Origin: Eledone cirrhosa
Lineage: Eukaryota
Direction of reading: 5' to 3'
Length of the DNA: 64,000 nucleotides
Assembly (NCBI GenBank): GCA_964016885.1
Contig: OZ024744.1
Location: 133,796,001 to 133,860,000 of the forward strand
Shown here: positions 12,701-24,780 of the stretch, piece by piece
How positions within the stretch are numbered: the first letter of the stretch is position 1
How the letters are laid out: every line of letters starts with the position of its first letter
The notes under the pieces: model-generated
Seen by the model: only the letters and a program-made list of their open reading frames with translations
Database searches by the model: none
What the model was told of the DNA's origin: nothing
Position numbers and translations under genes: made by a program

Positions 12701-15700
12701 TTGAGGATAAGTTAAGTTGGGGATAATTTAAGTTGGGGTTAAGTTAAGTTGGGTTTAAGTTAAGTTGGGGTTAAGTTAAGTTGGGGTTAAGTTAAGTTGG
12801 GGTTAAGTTAAGTTGGGGTTAAGTTAAGTTGGGGTTAAGTTAAGTTGGGGCTAAGTTAAGTTGGGGCTGAGTTAAGTTGGGGTTAAGTTAAGCTGGGGTT
12901 AAGTTAAGTTGGGGTTAAGTTAAGTTGGGGTTTATTTAAGTTGGGGTTAAATTAAGTTGGGGTTCAGTTAAGTTGGGGTTAAGATAAGTTGGGGTTAAGA
13001 TGGGGTTAAATTAAGTTGGGGTTAAGTTAAGTTGGGGTTAAGTTAAGTTGGGGTTAAGTTAAGTTGGGGTTAAGTTAAGTCGGGGTTAAGTTAAGTCGGG
13101 GTTAAGTTAAGTTAGGGTTCAGTTAAGTTGGGGTTAAGTTAAGTTGGGGTTGAGTTAAGTTGGGGTTGAGTTAAATTGGGGTTGAGTTAAGTTGGGGTTG
13201 AGTTAAGTTGGTTTTGAGTTAAGTTGGGGTTAAGTTAAGTTGGGGTTAAGTTAAGTTGCAGTTAAGTTAAGTTGAGGTTAAGTTAAGGTGCGGTTAAGTT
13301 AAGTTGGGGTTAAGTTAAGTTGGGGCTAAGTTAAGTTGGGGCTAAGTTAAGTTGGGGCTAAGTTAAGTTGGGGTTAAGTTAAGTTGGGGTTAAGTTAAGT
13401 CGGGGTTAAGTTAAGTTGGGGTTAAGTTAAGTTGAGGTTAATTTAATTTGGGGTTAAGTTAAGTTGGGGTTAAGTTAAGTTGGGGCTAAGTTAAGTTGGG
13501 GTTAAGTTAAGTTGGGTTTAAGTTAAGTTGGGGTTAAGTTAAGTTGGTTAGTTAAGTTGAGTTTAAGTTAAGTTGGGGTTAATTTAAGTTGGGGTTAAGT
13601 TAAGTTGGGGTTAAGTTAAGTTGGGGTTAAGTTAAGTTGGGGTTAAGTTAAGTTGGGGTTAAGTTAAGTCGGGGTTAATTTAAGTCGGGGTTAAGTTAAG
13701 TTAGGGTTCAGTTAAGTTGGGGTTAAGTTAAGTTGGGGTTGAGTTAAGTTGGGGTTGAGTTAAGTTGGTGTTGAGTTAAGTTGGGGTTAAGTTAAGTTGG
13801 GGTTAAGTTAAGTTGCAGTTAAGTTAAGTTGAGGTTAAGTTAAGGTGGGGTTAAGTTAAGTCGGGGTTAAGTTAAGTTGTGGTTGAGTTAAGTTGAGGTT
13901 AAGTTAAGTTGGGGTTAATTTAAGTTGGGGTTAAATTAAGTTGGGGTTACGTTAAGTTGGTGTTAAGTTAAGTTGGGGTTAATTTAAGTTGGGGTTAATT
14001 AAGTTGGGGTTAAGTTAAGTTGGGGTTAAGTTAAGTTGGGGTTAATTTAAGTTGGGGTTGAGTTAAGTTGGGGTTAAGTTAAGTTGGGGTTATATTAAGT
14101 TGGGGTTAAGTTAAGTTGGGGTTCAGTTAAGTTGGGGATAGGTTAAGTTGGGGTTAAGTTAAGTTGGGGCTAAGTTAAGTTGGGGCTGAGTTAAGTTGGG
14201 GCTGAGTTAAGTTGGGGTTAAGTTAAGTTGGGGTTGAGTTAAGTTGGGGTTAAGTTAAGTTGGGGTCAAGTTAAGTTGGGGTTAAGTTGGGGTTAAGTTA
14301 AGTTAGGTTTAAGTTAAGTTGGGGTTAAGTTAAGTTGGGGTTAAGTTAAGTTGGGGTTAAGTTAAGTTGGGGTTAAGTTAAGTTGGGGTTAAGTTAATTT
14401 GTGGTTAAGTTAAGTTGGGGTTAAGTTAAGTTGGGGTTAAATTAAGTTGGGGTTAAGTTAAGTTGGGGTTAAGTTAAGTTGGGGTTAAGTTAAGTTGGGG
14501 ATAAGTTAAGTTGGGGATAATTTAAGTTGGGGTTAAGTTAAGTTGGGTTTAAGTTAAGTTGGGGTTAAGTTAAGTTGGGGATAAGTTAAGTTGGGGTTAA
14601 GTTAAGTTGGGGTTAAGTTAAGTTGAGGCTAAGTTAAGTTGGGGCTGAGTTAAGTTGGGGTTAAGTTAAGTTGGGGTTAAGTTAAGTTCGGGTTAATTTA
14701 AGTTGGGGTTTATTTAAGTTGGGGTTACGTTAAGTTGGTGTTAAGTTAAGTTGGGGTTAATTTAAGTTGGGGTTAATTAAGTTGGGGTTAAGTTAAGTTG
14801 GGGTTAAATTAAGATGGGGTTAATTTAAGTTGGGATTGAGTTAAGTTGGGGTTAAGTTAAGTTGGGGTTAAGTTAAGTTGGTGTTAAGTTAAGTTGTGGC
14901 TAAGTTAAGTTGGGGCTGAGTTAAGTTGGGGCTGAGTTAAGTTGGGGTTAAGTTAAGTTGGGGTTGAGTTAAGTTGGGGTTAAGTTAAGTTGGGGTCAAG
15001 TTAAGTCGGGGTTAAGTTGGGGTTAAGTTAAGTTAGGGTTAAGTTAAGTTGGGGTTAAGTTAAGTTGGGGTTAAGTTAAGTTGGGGTTAAGTTAATTTGT
15101 GGTTAAGTTAAGTTGGGGTTAAGTTAAGTTGGGGTTAAGTTAAGTTGGGGTTAAGTTAAGTCGGGGTTAAGTTAAGTTGGGGTTAAGTTAAGTTGGGGTT
15201 AATTTAAGTTGGGGTTAAGTTAAGTTGGGGTTAAGTTAAGTTGGGTTTAAGTTAAGATGGGGTTAAGTTAAGTTGGGGTTAAGTTAAGTTGAGGTTAAGT
15301 TAAGTTGGGGTTAAATTAAGTTGGGGTTAAGTTAAGTTGGGGTTAAGTTAAGTTGGGGTTAAGTTAAGTTGAGGATAAGTTAAGTTGGGGATAATTTAAG
15401 TTGGGGTTAAGTTAAGTTGGGTTTAAGTTAAGTTGGGGTTAAGTTAAGTTGGGGTTAAGTTAAGTTGGGGTTAAGTTAAGTTGGGGTTAAGTTAAGTTGG
15501 GGCTAAGTTAAGTTGGGGCTGAGTTAAGTTGGGGTTAAGTTAAGCTGGGGTTAAGTTAAGTTGGGGTTAAGTTAAGTTGGGGTTTATTTAAGTTGGGGTT
15601 AAATTAAGTTGGGGTTCAGTTAAGTTGGGGTTAAGATAAGTTGGGGTTAAGATGGGGTTAAATTAAGTTGGGGTTAAGTTAAGTTGGGGTTAAGTTAAGT

Positions 15701-18700
15701 TGGGGTTAAGTTAAGTTGGGGTTAAGTTAAGTCGGGGTTAAGTTAAGTCGGGGTTAAGTTAAGTTAGGGTTCAGTTAAGTTGGGGTTAAGTTAAGTTGGG
15801 GTTGAGTTAAGTTGGGGTTGAGTTAAATTGGGGTTGAGTTAAGTTGGTGTTGAGTTAAGTTGGGGTTAAGTTAAGTTGGTTTTGAGTTAAGTTGGGGTTA
15901 AGTTAAGTTGGGGTTAAGTTAAGTTGCAGTTAAGTTAAGTTGAGGTTAAGTTAAGGTGCGGTTAAGTTAAGTTGGGGTTAAGTTAAGTTGGGGCTAAGTT
16001 AAGTTGGGGCTAAGTTAAGTTGGGGCTAAGTTAAGTTGGGGTTAAGTTAAGTCGGGGTTAAGTTAAGTTGGGGTTAAGTTAAGTTGAGGTTAATTTAATT
16101 TGGGGTTAAGTTAAGTTGGGGTTAAGTTAAGTTGGGGCTAAGTTAAGTTGGGGTTAAGTTAAGTTGGGTTTAAGTTAAGTTGGGGTTAAGTTAAGTTGGG
16201 GTCAAGTCAAGTTGGGGTTAAGTTAAGTTGGTTAGTTAAGTTGAGTTTAAGTTAAGTTGGGGTTAATTTAAGTTGGGGTTAAGTTAAGTTGGGGTTAAGT
16301 TAAGTTGGGGTTAAGTTAAGTTGGGGTTAAGTTAAGTTGGGGTTAAGTTAAGTCGGGGTTAATTTAAGTCGGGGTTAAGTTAAGTTAGGGTTCAGTTAAG
16401 TTGGGGTTAAGTTAAGTTGGGGTTGAGTTAAGTTGGGGTTGAGTTAAATTGGCGTTGAGTTAAGTTGCGGTTGAGTTAAGTTGGTGTTGAGTTAAGTTGG
16501 GGTTAAGTTAAGTTGGGGTTAAGTTAAGTTGCAGTTAAGTTAAGTTGAGGTTAAGTTAAGGTGGGGTTAAGTTAAGTCGGGGTTAAGTTAAGTTGTGGTT
16601 GAGTTAAGTTGGGGTTAATTTAAGTTGGGGCTAAGTTAATTTGTGGTTAAGTTAAGTTGGGGTTAAGTTAAGTTGGGGTTAAGTTAAGTTGGGGTTGAGT
16701 TAAGTTGGGGTTGAGTTAATTTGGGGTTAAGTTAAGTTGGGGTTAAGTTAAGTTGGGTTTAAGTTAAGTTGGGGTTAAATTAAGTTGGGGTTAAATTAAG
16801 GTGGGGTTAAGTTAAGTTGGGGGTAAGTTAAGTTGGGGGCAAGTTAAGTTGGGGTTAATTTAAGTTGGGGTTAAATTAAGTTGGGGTTACGTTAAGTTGG
16901 TGTTAAGTTAAGTTGGGGTTAATTTAAGTTGGGGTTAATTAAGTTGGGGTTGAGTTAAGTTGGGGTTAAGTTAAGTTGGGGTTAATTTAAGTTGGGGTTG
17001 AGTTAAGTTGGAGTTCAGTTAAGTTGGGGATAAGTTAAGTTGGGGTTAAGTTAAGTTGGGGTTAAGTTAAGTTGGGGTTAAGTTAAGTTGGTGTTAAGTT
17101 AAGTTGGGGCTAAGTTAAGTTGGGGCTGAGTTAAGTTGGGGCTGAGTTAAGTTGGGGTTAAGTTAAGTTGTGGTTGAGTTAAGTTGGGGTCAAGTTAAGT
17201 TGGGGTTAAGTTGGGGTTAAGTTAAGTTAGGTTTAAGTTAAGTTGGGGTTAAGTTAAGTTGGGGTTAAGTTAAGTTGGGGTTAAGTTAAGTTGGGGTTAA
17301 GTTAAGTTGGGGTTAAGTTAATTTGTGGTTAAGTTAAGTTGGGGTTAAGTTAAGTTGGGGTTAAGTTAAGTTGGGGTTAAGTTAAGTCGGGGTTAAGTTA
17401 AGTTGGGGTTAAGTTAAGTTGGGGTTAATTTAAGTTGGGGTTAAGTTAAGTTGGGGTTAAGTTAAGTTGGGGTTAAGTTAAGTTGGGGTTAAGTTAAGTT
17501 GAGGTTAAGTTAAGTTGGGGTTAAATTAAGTTGGGGTTAAGTTAAGTTGGGGTTAAGTTAAGTTGGGGATAAGTTAAGTTGGGGTTAAGTTAAGTTGGGG
17601 TTAAGTTAAGTTGGGGTTAAGTTAAGTTGGGGCTAAGTTAAGTTGGGGCTGAGTTAAGTTGGGGTTAAGTTAAGTTGGGGTTAAGTTAAGTTGGGGTTAA
17701 TTTAAGTTGGGGTTTATTTAAGTTGGGGTTACGTTAAATTGGTGTTAAGTTAAGTTGGGGTTAATTTAAGTTGGGGTTAATTAAGTTGGGGTTAAGTTAA
17801 GTTGGGGTTAATTTAAGTTGGGGTTAATTTAAGTTGGGGTTGAGTTAAGTTGGGGTTAAGTTAAGTTGGGGTTATATTAAGTTGGGGTTAAGTTAAGTTG
17901 GGGTTCAGTTAAGTTGGGGATAAGTTAAGTTGGGGTTAAGTTAAGTTGGGGTTAAGTTAAGTTGGGGTTAAGTTAAGTTGGTGTTAAGTTAAGTTGGGGC
18001 TAATTTAAGTTGGGGCTGAGTTAAGTTGGGGCTGAGTTAAGTTGGGCTTAAGTTAAGTTGGGGTCAAGTTAAGTTGGGGTTAAGTTGGGGTTAAGTTAAG
18101 TTAGGTTTAAGTTAAGTTGGGGTTAAGTTAAGTTGGGGTTAAGTTAAGTTGGGGTTAAATTAAGTTGGGGTTAAGTTAAGTTGGGGTTAAGTTAATTTGT
18201 GGTTAAGTTAAGTTGGGGTTAAGTTAAGTTGGGGTTAAGTTAAGTTGGGGTTAAGTTAAGTCGGGGTTAAGTTAAGTTGGGTTTAAGTTAAGTTGGGGTT
18301 AATTTAAGTTGGGGTTAAGTTAAGTTGGGGTCAAGTTAAGTTGGGGTTAAGTTGGGGTTAAGTTAAGTTAGGTTTAAGTTAAGTTGGGGTTAAGTTAAGT
18401 TGGGGTTAAGTTAAGTTGGGGTTAAGTTAAGTTGGGGTTAAGTTAATTTGTGGTTAAGTTAAGTTGGGGTTAAGTTAAGTTGGGCTTAAGTTAAGTTGGG
18501 GTTAAGTTAAGTCGGGGTTAAGTTAAGTTGGGGTTAAGTTAAGTTGGGGTTAATTTAAGTTGGGGTTTATTTAAGTTGGGGTTACGTTAAGTTGGTGTTA
18601 AGTTAAGTTGGGGTTAATTTAAGTTGGGGTTAATTAAGTTGGGGTTAAGTTAAGTTGGGGTTAAGTTAAGATGGGGTTAATTTAAGTTGGGGTTGAGTTA

Positions 18701-21450
18701 AGTTGGGGTTAAGTTAAGTTGGGGTTATATTAAGTTGGGGTTAAGTTAAGTTGGGGTTCAGTTAAGTTGGGGATAAGTTAAGTTGGGGTTAAGTTAAGTT
18801 GGGGTTAAGTTAAGTTGGGGTTAAGTTAAGTTGGTGTTAAGTTAAGTTGTGGCTAAGTTAAGTTGGCGCTGAGTTAAGTTGGGGTTAAGTTAAGTTGGGG
18901 TTAAGTTAAGTTGGGATTAATTTAAGTTGGGGTTTATTTAAGTTGGGGTTACGTTAAGTTGGTGTTAAGTTAAGTTGGGGTTAATTTAAGTTGGGGTTAA
19001 TTAAGTTGGGGTTAAGTTAAGTTGGGGTTAAGTTAAGATGGGGTTAATTTAAGTTGCGGTTGAGTTAAGTTGGGGTTAAGTTAAGTTGGGGTTATATTAA
19101 GTTGGGGTTAAGTTAAGTTGGGGTTCAGTTAAGTTGGGGATAAGTTAAGTTGGGGTTAAGTTAAGTTGGGGTTAAGTTAAGTTGGGGTTAAGTTAAGTTG
19201 GGGTTAAGTTAAGTTGGGGTTAAGTTAAGTTGGGGTTAAGTTAATTTGTGGTTAAGTTAAGTTGGGGTTAAGTTAAGTTGGGGTTAAGTTAAGTTGGGGT
19301 TAAATTAAGTTGGGGTTAAGTTAAGTTGGGGTTAAGTTAAGTTGGGGTTAAGTTAAGTTGGGGATAAGTTAAGTTGGGGATAATTTAAGTTGGGGTTAAG
19401 TTAAGTTGGGTTTAAGTTAAGTTGGGGTTAAGTTAAGTTGGGGATAAGTTAAGTTGGGGTTAAGTTAAGTTGGGGTTAAGTTAAGTTGAGGCTAAGTTAA
19501 GTTGGGGCTGAGTTAAGTTGGGGTTAAGTTAAGTTGGGGTTAAGTTAAGTTGGGGTTAATTTAAGTTGGGGTTTATTTAAGTTGGGGTTACGTTAAGTTG
19601 GTGTTAAGTTAAGTTGGGGTTAATTTAAGTTGGGGTTAATTAAGTTGGGGTTACGTTAAGTTGGGGTTAAGTTAAGATGGGGTTAATTTAAGTTGGGATT
19701 GAGTTAAGTTGGGGTTAAGTTAAGTTGGGGTTAAGTTAAGTTGGTGTTAAGTTAAGTTGTGGCTAAGTTAAGTTGGGGCTGAGTTAAGTTGGGGCTGAGT
19801 TAAGTTGGGGTTAAGTTAAGTTGGGGTTGAGTTAAGTTGGGGTTAAGTTAAGTTGGGGTCAAGTTAAGTCGGGGTTAAGTTGGGGTTAAGTTAAGTTAGG
19901 GTTAAGTTAAGTCGGGGTTAAGTTAAGTTGGGGTTAAGTTAAGTTGGGGTTAAGTTAAGTTGGGGTTAAGTTAAGTTGGGGTTAAGTTAATTTGTGGTTA
20001 AGTTAAGTTGGGGTTAAGTTAAGTTGGGGTTAAGTTAAGTTGGGGTTAAGTTAAGTCGGGGTTAAGTTAAGTTGGAGTTAAGTTAAGTTGGGGTTAATTT
20101 AAGTTGGGGTTAAGTTAAGTTGGGGTTAAGTTAAGTTGGGGTTAATTTAAGATGGGGTTAAGTTAAGTTGGGGTTAAGTTAAGTTGAGGTTAAGTTAAGT
20201 TGGGGTTAAATTAAGTTGGGGTTAAGTTAAGTTGGGGTTAAGTTAAGTTGGGGTTAAGTTAAGTTGAGGATAAGTTAAGTTGGGGATAATTTAAGTTGGG
20301 GTTAAGTTAAGTTGGGTTTAAGTTAAGTTGGGGTTAAGTTAAGTTGGGGTTAAGTTAAGTTGGGGTTAAGTTAAGTTGGGGTTAAGTTAAGTTGGGGTTA
20401 AGTTAAGTTGGGGCTAAGTTAAGTTGGGGCTGAGTTAAGTTGGGGTTAAGTTAAGCTGGGGTTAAGTTAAGTTGGGGTTAAGTTAAGTTGGGGTTTATTT
20501 AAGTTGGGGTTAAATTAAGTTGGGGTTCAGTTAAGTTGGGGTTAAGATAAGTTGGGGTTAAGATGGGGTTAAATTAAGTTGGGGTTAAGTTAAGTTGGGG
20601 TTAAGTTAAGTTGGGGTTAAGTTAAGTTGGGGTTAAGTTAAGTCGGGGTTAAGTTAAGTCGGGGTTAAGTTAAGTTAGGGTTCAGTTAAGTTGGGGTTAA
20701 GTTAAGTTGGGGTTGAGTTAAGTTGGGGTTGAGTTAAATTGGGGTTGAGTTAAGTTGGGGTTGAGTTAAGTTGGTTTTGAGTTAAGTTGGGGTTAAGTTA
20801 AGTTGGGGTTAAGTTAAGTTGCAGTTAAGTTAAGTTGAGGTTAAGTTAAGGTGCGGTTAAGTTAAGTTGGGGTTAAGTTAAGTTGGGGCTAAGTTAAGTT
20901 GGGGCTAAGTTAAGTTGGGGCTAAGTTAAGTTGGGGTTAAGTTAAGTTGGGGTTAAGTTAAGTCGGGGTTAAGTTAAGTTGGGGTTAAGTTAAGTTGAGG
21001 TTAATTTAATTTGGGGTTAAGTTAAGTTGGGGTTAAGTTAAGTTGGGGCTAAGTTAAGTTGGGGTTAAGTTAAGTTGGGTTTAAGTTAAGTTGGGGTTAA
21101 GTTAAGTTGGTTAGTTAAGTTGAGTTTAAGTTAAGTTGGGGTTAATTTAAGTTGGGGTTAAGTTAAGTTGGGGTTAAGTTAAGTTGGGGTTAAGTTAAGT
21201 TGGGGTTAAGTTAAGTTGGGGTTAAGTTAAGTCGGGGTTAATTTAAGTCGGGGTTAAGTTAAGTTAGGGTTCAGTTAAGTTGGGGTTAAGTTAAGTTGGG
21301 GTTGAGTTAAGTTGGGGTTGAGTTAAGTTGGTGTTGAGTTAAGTTGGGGTTAAGTTAAGTTGGGGTTAAGTTAAGTTGCAGTTAAGTTAAGTTGAGGTTA
21401 AGTTAAGGTGGGGTTAAGTTAAGTCGGGGTTAAGTTAAGTTGTGGTTGAG
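6200..21450 (+). repeat. Older tandem duplication, period about 7.6-7.7 kb (about 6.2-13.9 kb and 13.9-21.45 kb); boundaries approximate
   Basis: Markers: GATAGG 6404/14138 (+7,734), TTACGTTAAATTGGTG 10014/17732 (+7,718), GGCGCTGAG 11149/18867 (+7,718), GGAG 12513/20076 (+7,563). Confidence 0.75.
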
Positions 21451-24400
21451 TTAAGTTGGGGTTAATTTAAGTTGGGGCTAAGTTAATTTGTGGTTAAGTT
21501 AAGTTGGGGTTAAGTTAAGTTGGGGTTAAGTTAAGTTGGGGTTGAGTTAAGTTGGGGTTGAGTTAATTTGGGGTTAAGTTAAGTTGGGGTTAAGTTAAGT
21601 TGGGTTTAAGTTAAGTAGGGGTTAAATTAAGTTGGGGTTAAATTAAGGTGGGGTGAAGTTAAGTTGGGGGTAAGTTAAGTTGGGGGCAAGTTAAGTTGGG
21701 GTTAATTTAAGTTGGGGTTAAATTAAGTTGGGGTTACGTTAAGTTGGTTTTAAGTTAAGTTGGGGTTAAGTTAAGTTGGGGTTAAGTTAAGTTGGGGTTA
21801 AGTTAAGTTGGGGTTTATATAAGTTGGGGTTAAGTTAAGTTGGGGTTCAGTTAAGTTGGGGTTAAGTTAAGTTGGGGTTAAGATGGGGTTAAATTAAGTT
21901 GGGGTTAAGTTAAGTTGGGGTTAAGTTAAGTTGGGGTTAAGTTAAGTTGGGGTTAAGTTAAGTCGGGGTTAAGTTAAGTCGGGGTTAAGTTAAGTTAGGG
22001 TTCAGTTAAGTTGGGGTTAAGTTAAGTTGGGGTTGAGTTAAGTTGGGGTTGAGTTAAATTGGGGTTGAGTTAAGTTGGGGTTGAGTTAAGTTGGTGTTGA
22101 GTTAAGTTGGGGTTAAGTTAAGTTGGGGTTAAGTTAAGTTGCAGTTAAGTTAAGTTGAGGTTAAGTTAAGGTGGGGTTAAGTTAAGTCGGGGTTAAGTTA
22201 AGTTGTGGTTGAGTTAAGTTGGGGTTAATTTAAGTTGGGGCTAAGTTAATTTGTGGTTAAGTTAATTTGGGGTTAAGTTAAGTTGGGGTTGAGTTAAGTT
22301 GGGGTTGAGTTAATTTGGGGTTAAGTTAAGTTGGGGTTAATTTAAGTTGGGTTTAAGTTAATTTGGGCTTAAATTAAGTTGGGGTTAAATTAAGTTGGGG
22401 TTAAGTTAAGTTGGGGGTAAGTTAAGTTGGGGGCAAGTTAAGTTGGGGTTAATTTAAGTTGGGGTTAAATTAAGTTGGGGTTACGTTAAGTTGGTGTTAA
22501 GTTAAGTTGGGGTTAATTTAAGTTGGGGTTAATTAAGTTGGGGTTAAGTTAAGTTGGGGTTATATTAAGTTGGGGTTAAGTTAAGTTGGGGTTCAGTTAA
22601 GTTGGGGATAGGTTAAGTTGGGGTTAAGTTAAGTTGGGGCTAAGTTAAGTTGGGGCTGAGTTAAGTTGGGGCTGAGTTAAGTTGGGGTTAAGTTAAGTTG
22701 GGGTTGAGTTAAGTTGGGGTTAAGTTCAGTTGGGGTCAAGTTAAGTTGGGGTTAAGTTGGGGTTAAATTAAGTTAGGTTTAAGTTAATTTGGGGTTAAGT
22801 TAAGTTGGGGTTAAGTTAAGTTGGGGTTAAGTTAAGTTGGGGTTAAGTTAAGTTGGGGTTAAGTTAATTTGTGGTTAAGTTAAGTTGGGGTTAAGTTAAG
22901 TTGGGGTTAAATTAAGTTGGGGTTAAGTTAAGTTGGGGTTAAGTTAAGTTGGGGTTAAGTTAAGTTGGGGATAAGTTAAGTTGGGGATAATTTAAGTTGG
23001 GGTTAAGTTAAGTTGGGTTTAAGTTAAGTTGGGGTTAAGTTAAGTTGGGGATAAGTTAAGTTGGGGTTAAGTTAAGTTGGGGTTAAGTTAAGTTGAGGCT
23101 AAGTTAAGTTGGGGCTGAGTTAAGTTGGGGTTAAGTTAAGTTGGGGTTAAGTTAAGTTGGGGTTAATTTAAGTTGGGGTTTATTTAAGTTGGGGTTACGT
23201 TAAGTTGGTGTTAAATTAAGTTGGGGTTAATTTAAGTTGGGGTTAATTAAGTTGGGGTTAAGTTAAGTTGGGGTTAAGTTAAGATGGGGTTAATTTAAGT
23301 TGGGATTGAGTTAAGTTGGGGTTAAGTTAAGTTGGGGTTAAGTTAAGTTGGTGTTAAGTTAAGTTGTGGCTAAGTTAAGTTGGGGCTGAGTTAAGTTGGG
23401 GCTGAGTTAAGTTGGGGTTAAGTTAAGTTGGGGTTGAGTTAAGTTGGGGTTAAGTTAAGTTGGGGTCAAGTTTTGTCGGGGTTAAGTTGGGGTTAAGTTA
23501 AGTTAGGGTTAAGTTAAGTTGGGGTTAAGTTAAGTTGGGGTTAAGTTAAGTTGGGGTTAAGTTAAGTTGGGGTTAAGTGAAGTTGGGGTTAAGTTAATTT
23601 GTGGTTAAGTTAAGTTGGGGTTAAGTTAAGTTGGGGTTAAGTTAAGTTGGGGTTAAGTTAAGTCGGGGTTAAGTTAAGTTGGGGTTAAGTTAAGTTGGGG
23701 TTAATTTAAGTTGGGGTTAAGTTAAGTTGGGGTTAAGTTAAGTTGGGGTTAAGTTAAGATGGGGTTAAGTTAAGTTGGGGTTAAGTTAAGTTGAGGTTAA
23801 GTTAAGTTGGGGTTAAATTAAGTTGGGGTTAAGTTAAGTTGGGGTTAAGTTAAGTTGGGGTTATGTTAAGTTGAGGATAAGTTAAGTTGGGGATAATTTA
23901 AGTTGGGGTTAAGTTAAGTTGGGTTTAAGTTAAGTTGGGGTTAAGTTAAGTTGGGGTTAAGTTAAGTTGGGGTTAAGTTAAGTTGGGGTTAAGTTAAGTT
24001 GGGGTTAAGTTAAGTTGGGGCTAAGTTAAGTTGGGGCTGAGTTAAATTGGGGTTAAGTTAAGCTGGGGTTAAGTTAAGTTGGGGTTAAGTTAAGTTGGGG
24101 TTTATTTAAGTTGGGGTTAAATTAAGTTGGGGTTCAGTTAAGTTGGGGTTAAGATAAGTTGGGGTTAAGATGGGGTTAAATTAAGTTGGGGTTAAGTTAA
24201 GTTGGGGTTAAGTTAAGTTGGGGTTAAGTTAAGTTGGGGTTAAGTTAAGTCGGGGTTAAGTTAAGTCGGGGTTAAGTTAAGTTAGGGTTCAGTTAAGTTG
24301 GGATTAAGTTAAGTTGGGGTTGAGTTAAGTTGGGGTTGAGTTAAATTGGGGTTGAGTTAAGTTGGGGTTGAGTTAAGTTGGTTTTGAGTTAAGTTGGGGT

Positions 24401-24780
24401 TAAGTTAAGTTGGGGTTAAGTTAAGTTGCAGTTAAGTTAAGTTGAGGTTAAGTTAAGGTGCGGTTAAGTTAAGTTGGGGTTAAGTTAAGTTGGGGCTAAG
24501 TTAAGTTGGGGCTAAGTTAAGTTGGGGCTAAGTTAAGTTGGGGTTAAGTTAAGTCGGGGTTAAGTTAAGTTGGGGTTAAGTTAAGTTGAGGTTAATTTAA
24601 TTTGGGGTTAAGTTAAGTTGGGGTTAAGTTAAGTTGGGGCTAAGTTAAGTTGGGGTCAAGTTAAGTTGGGGTTAAGTTAAGTTGGTTAGTTAAGTTGAGT
24701 TTAAGTTAAGTTGGGGTTAAGTTAAGTTGGGGTTAAGTTAAGTTGGGGTTAAGTTAAGTTGGGGTTAAGTTAAGTCGGGG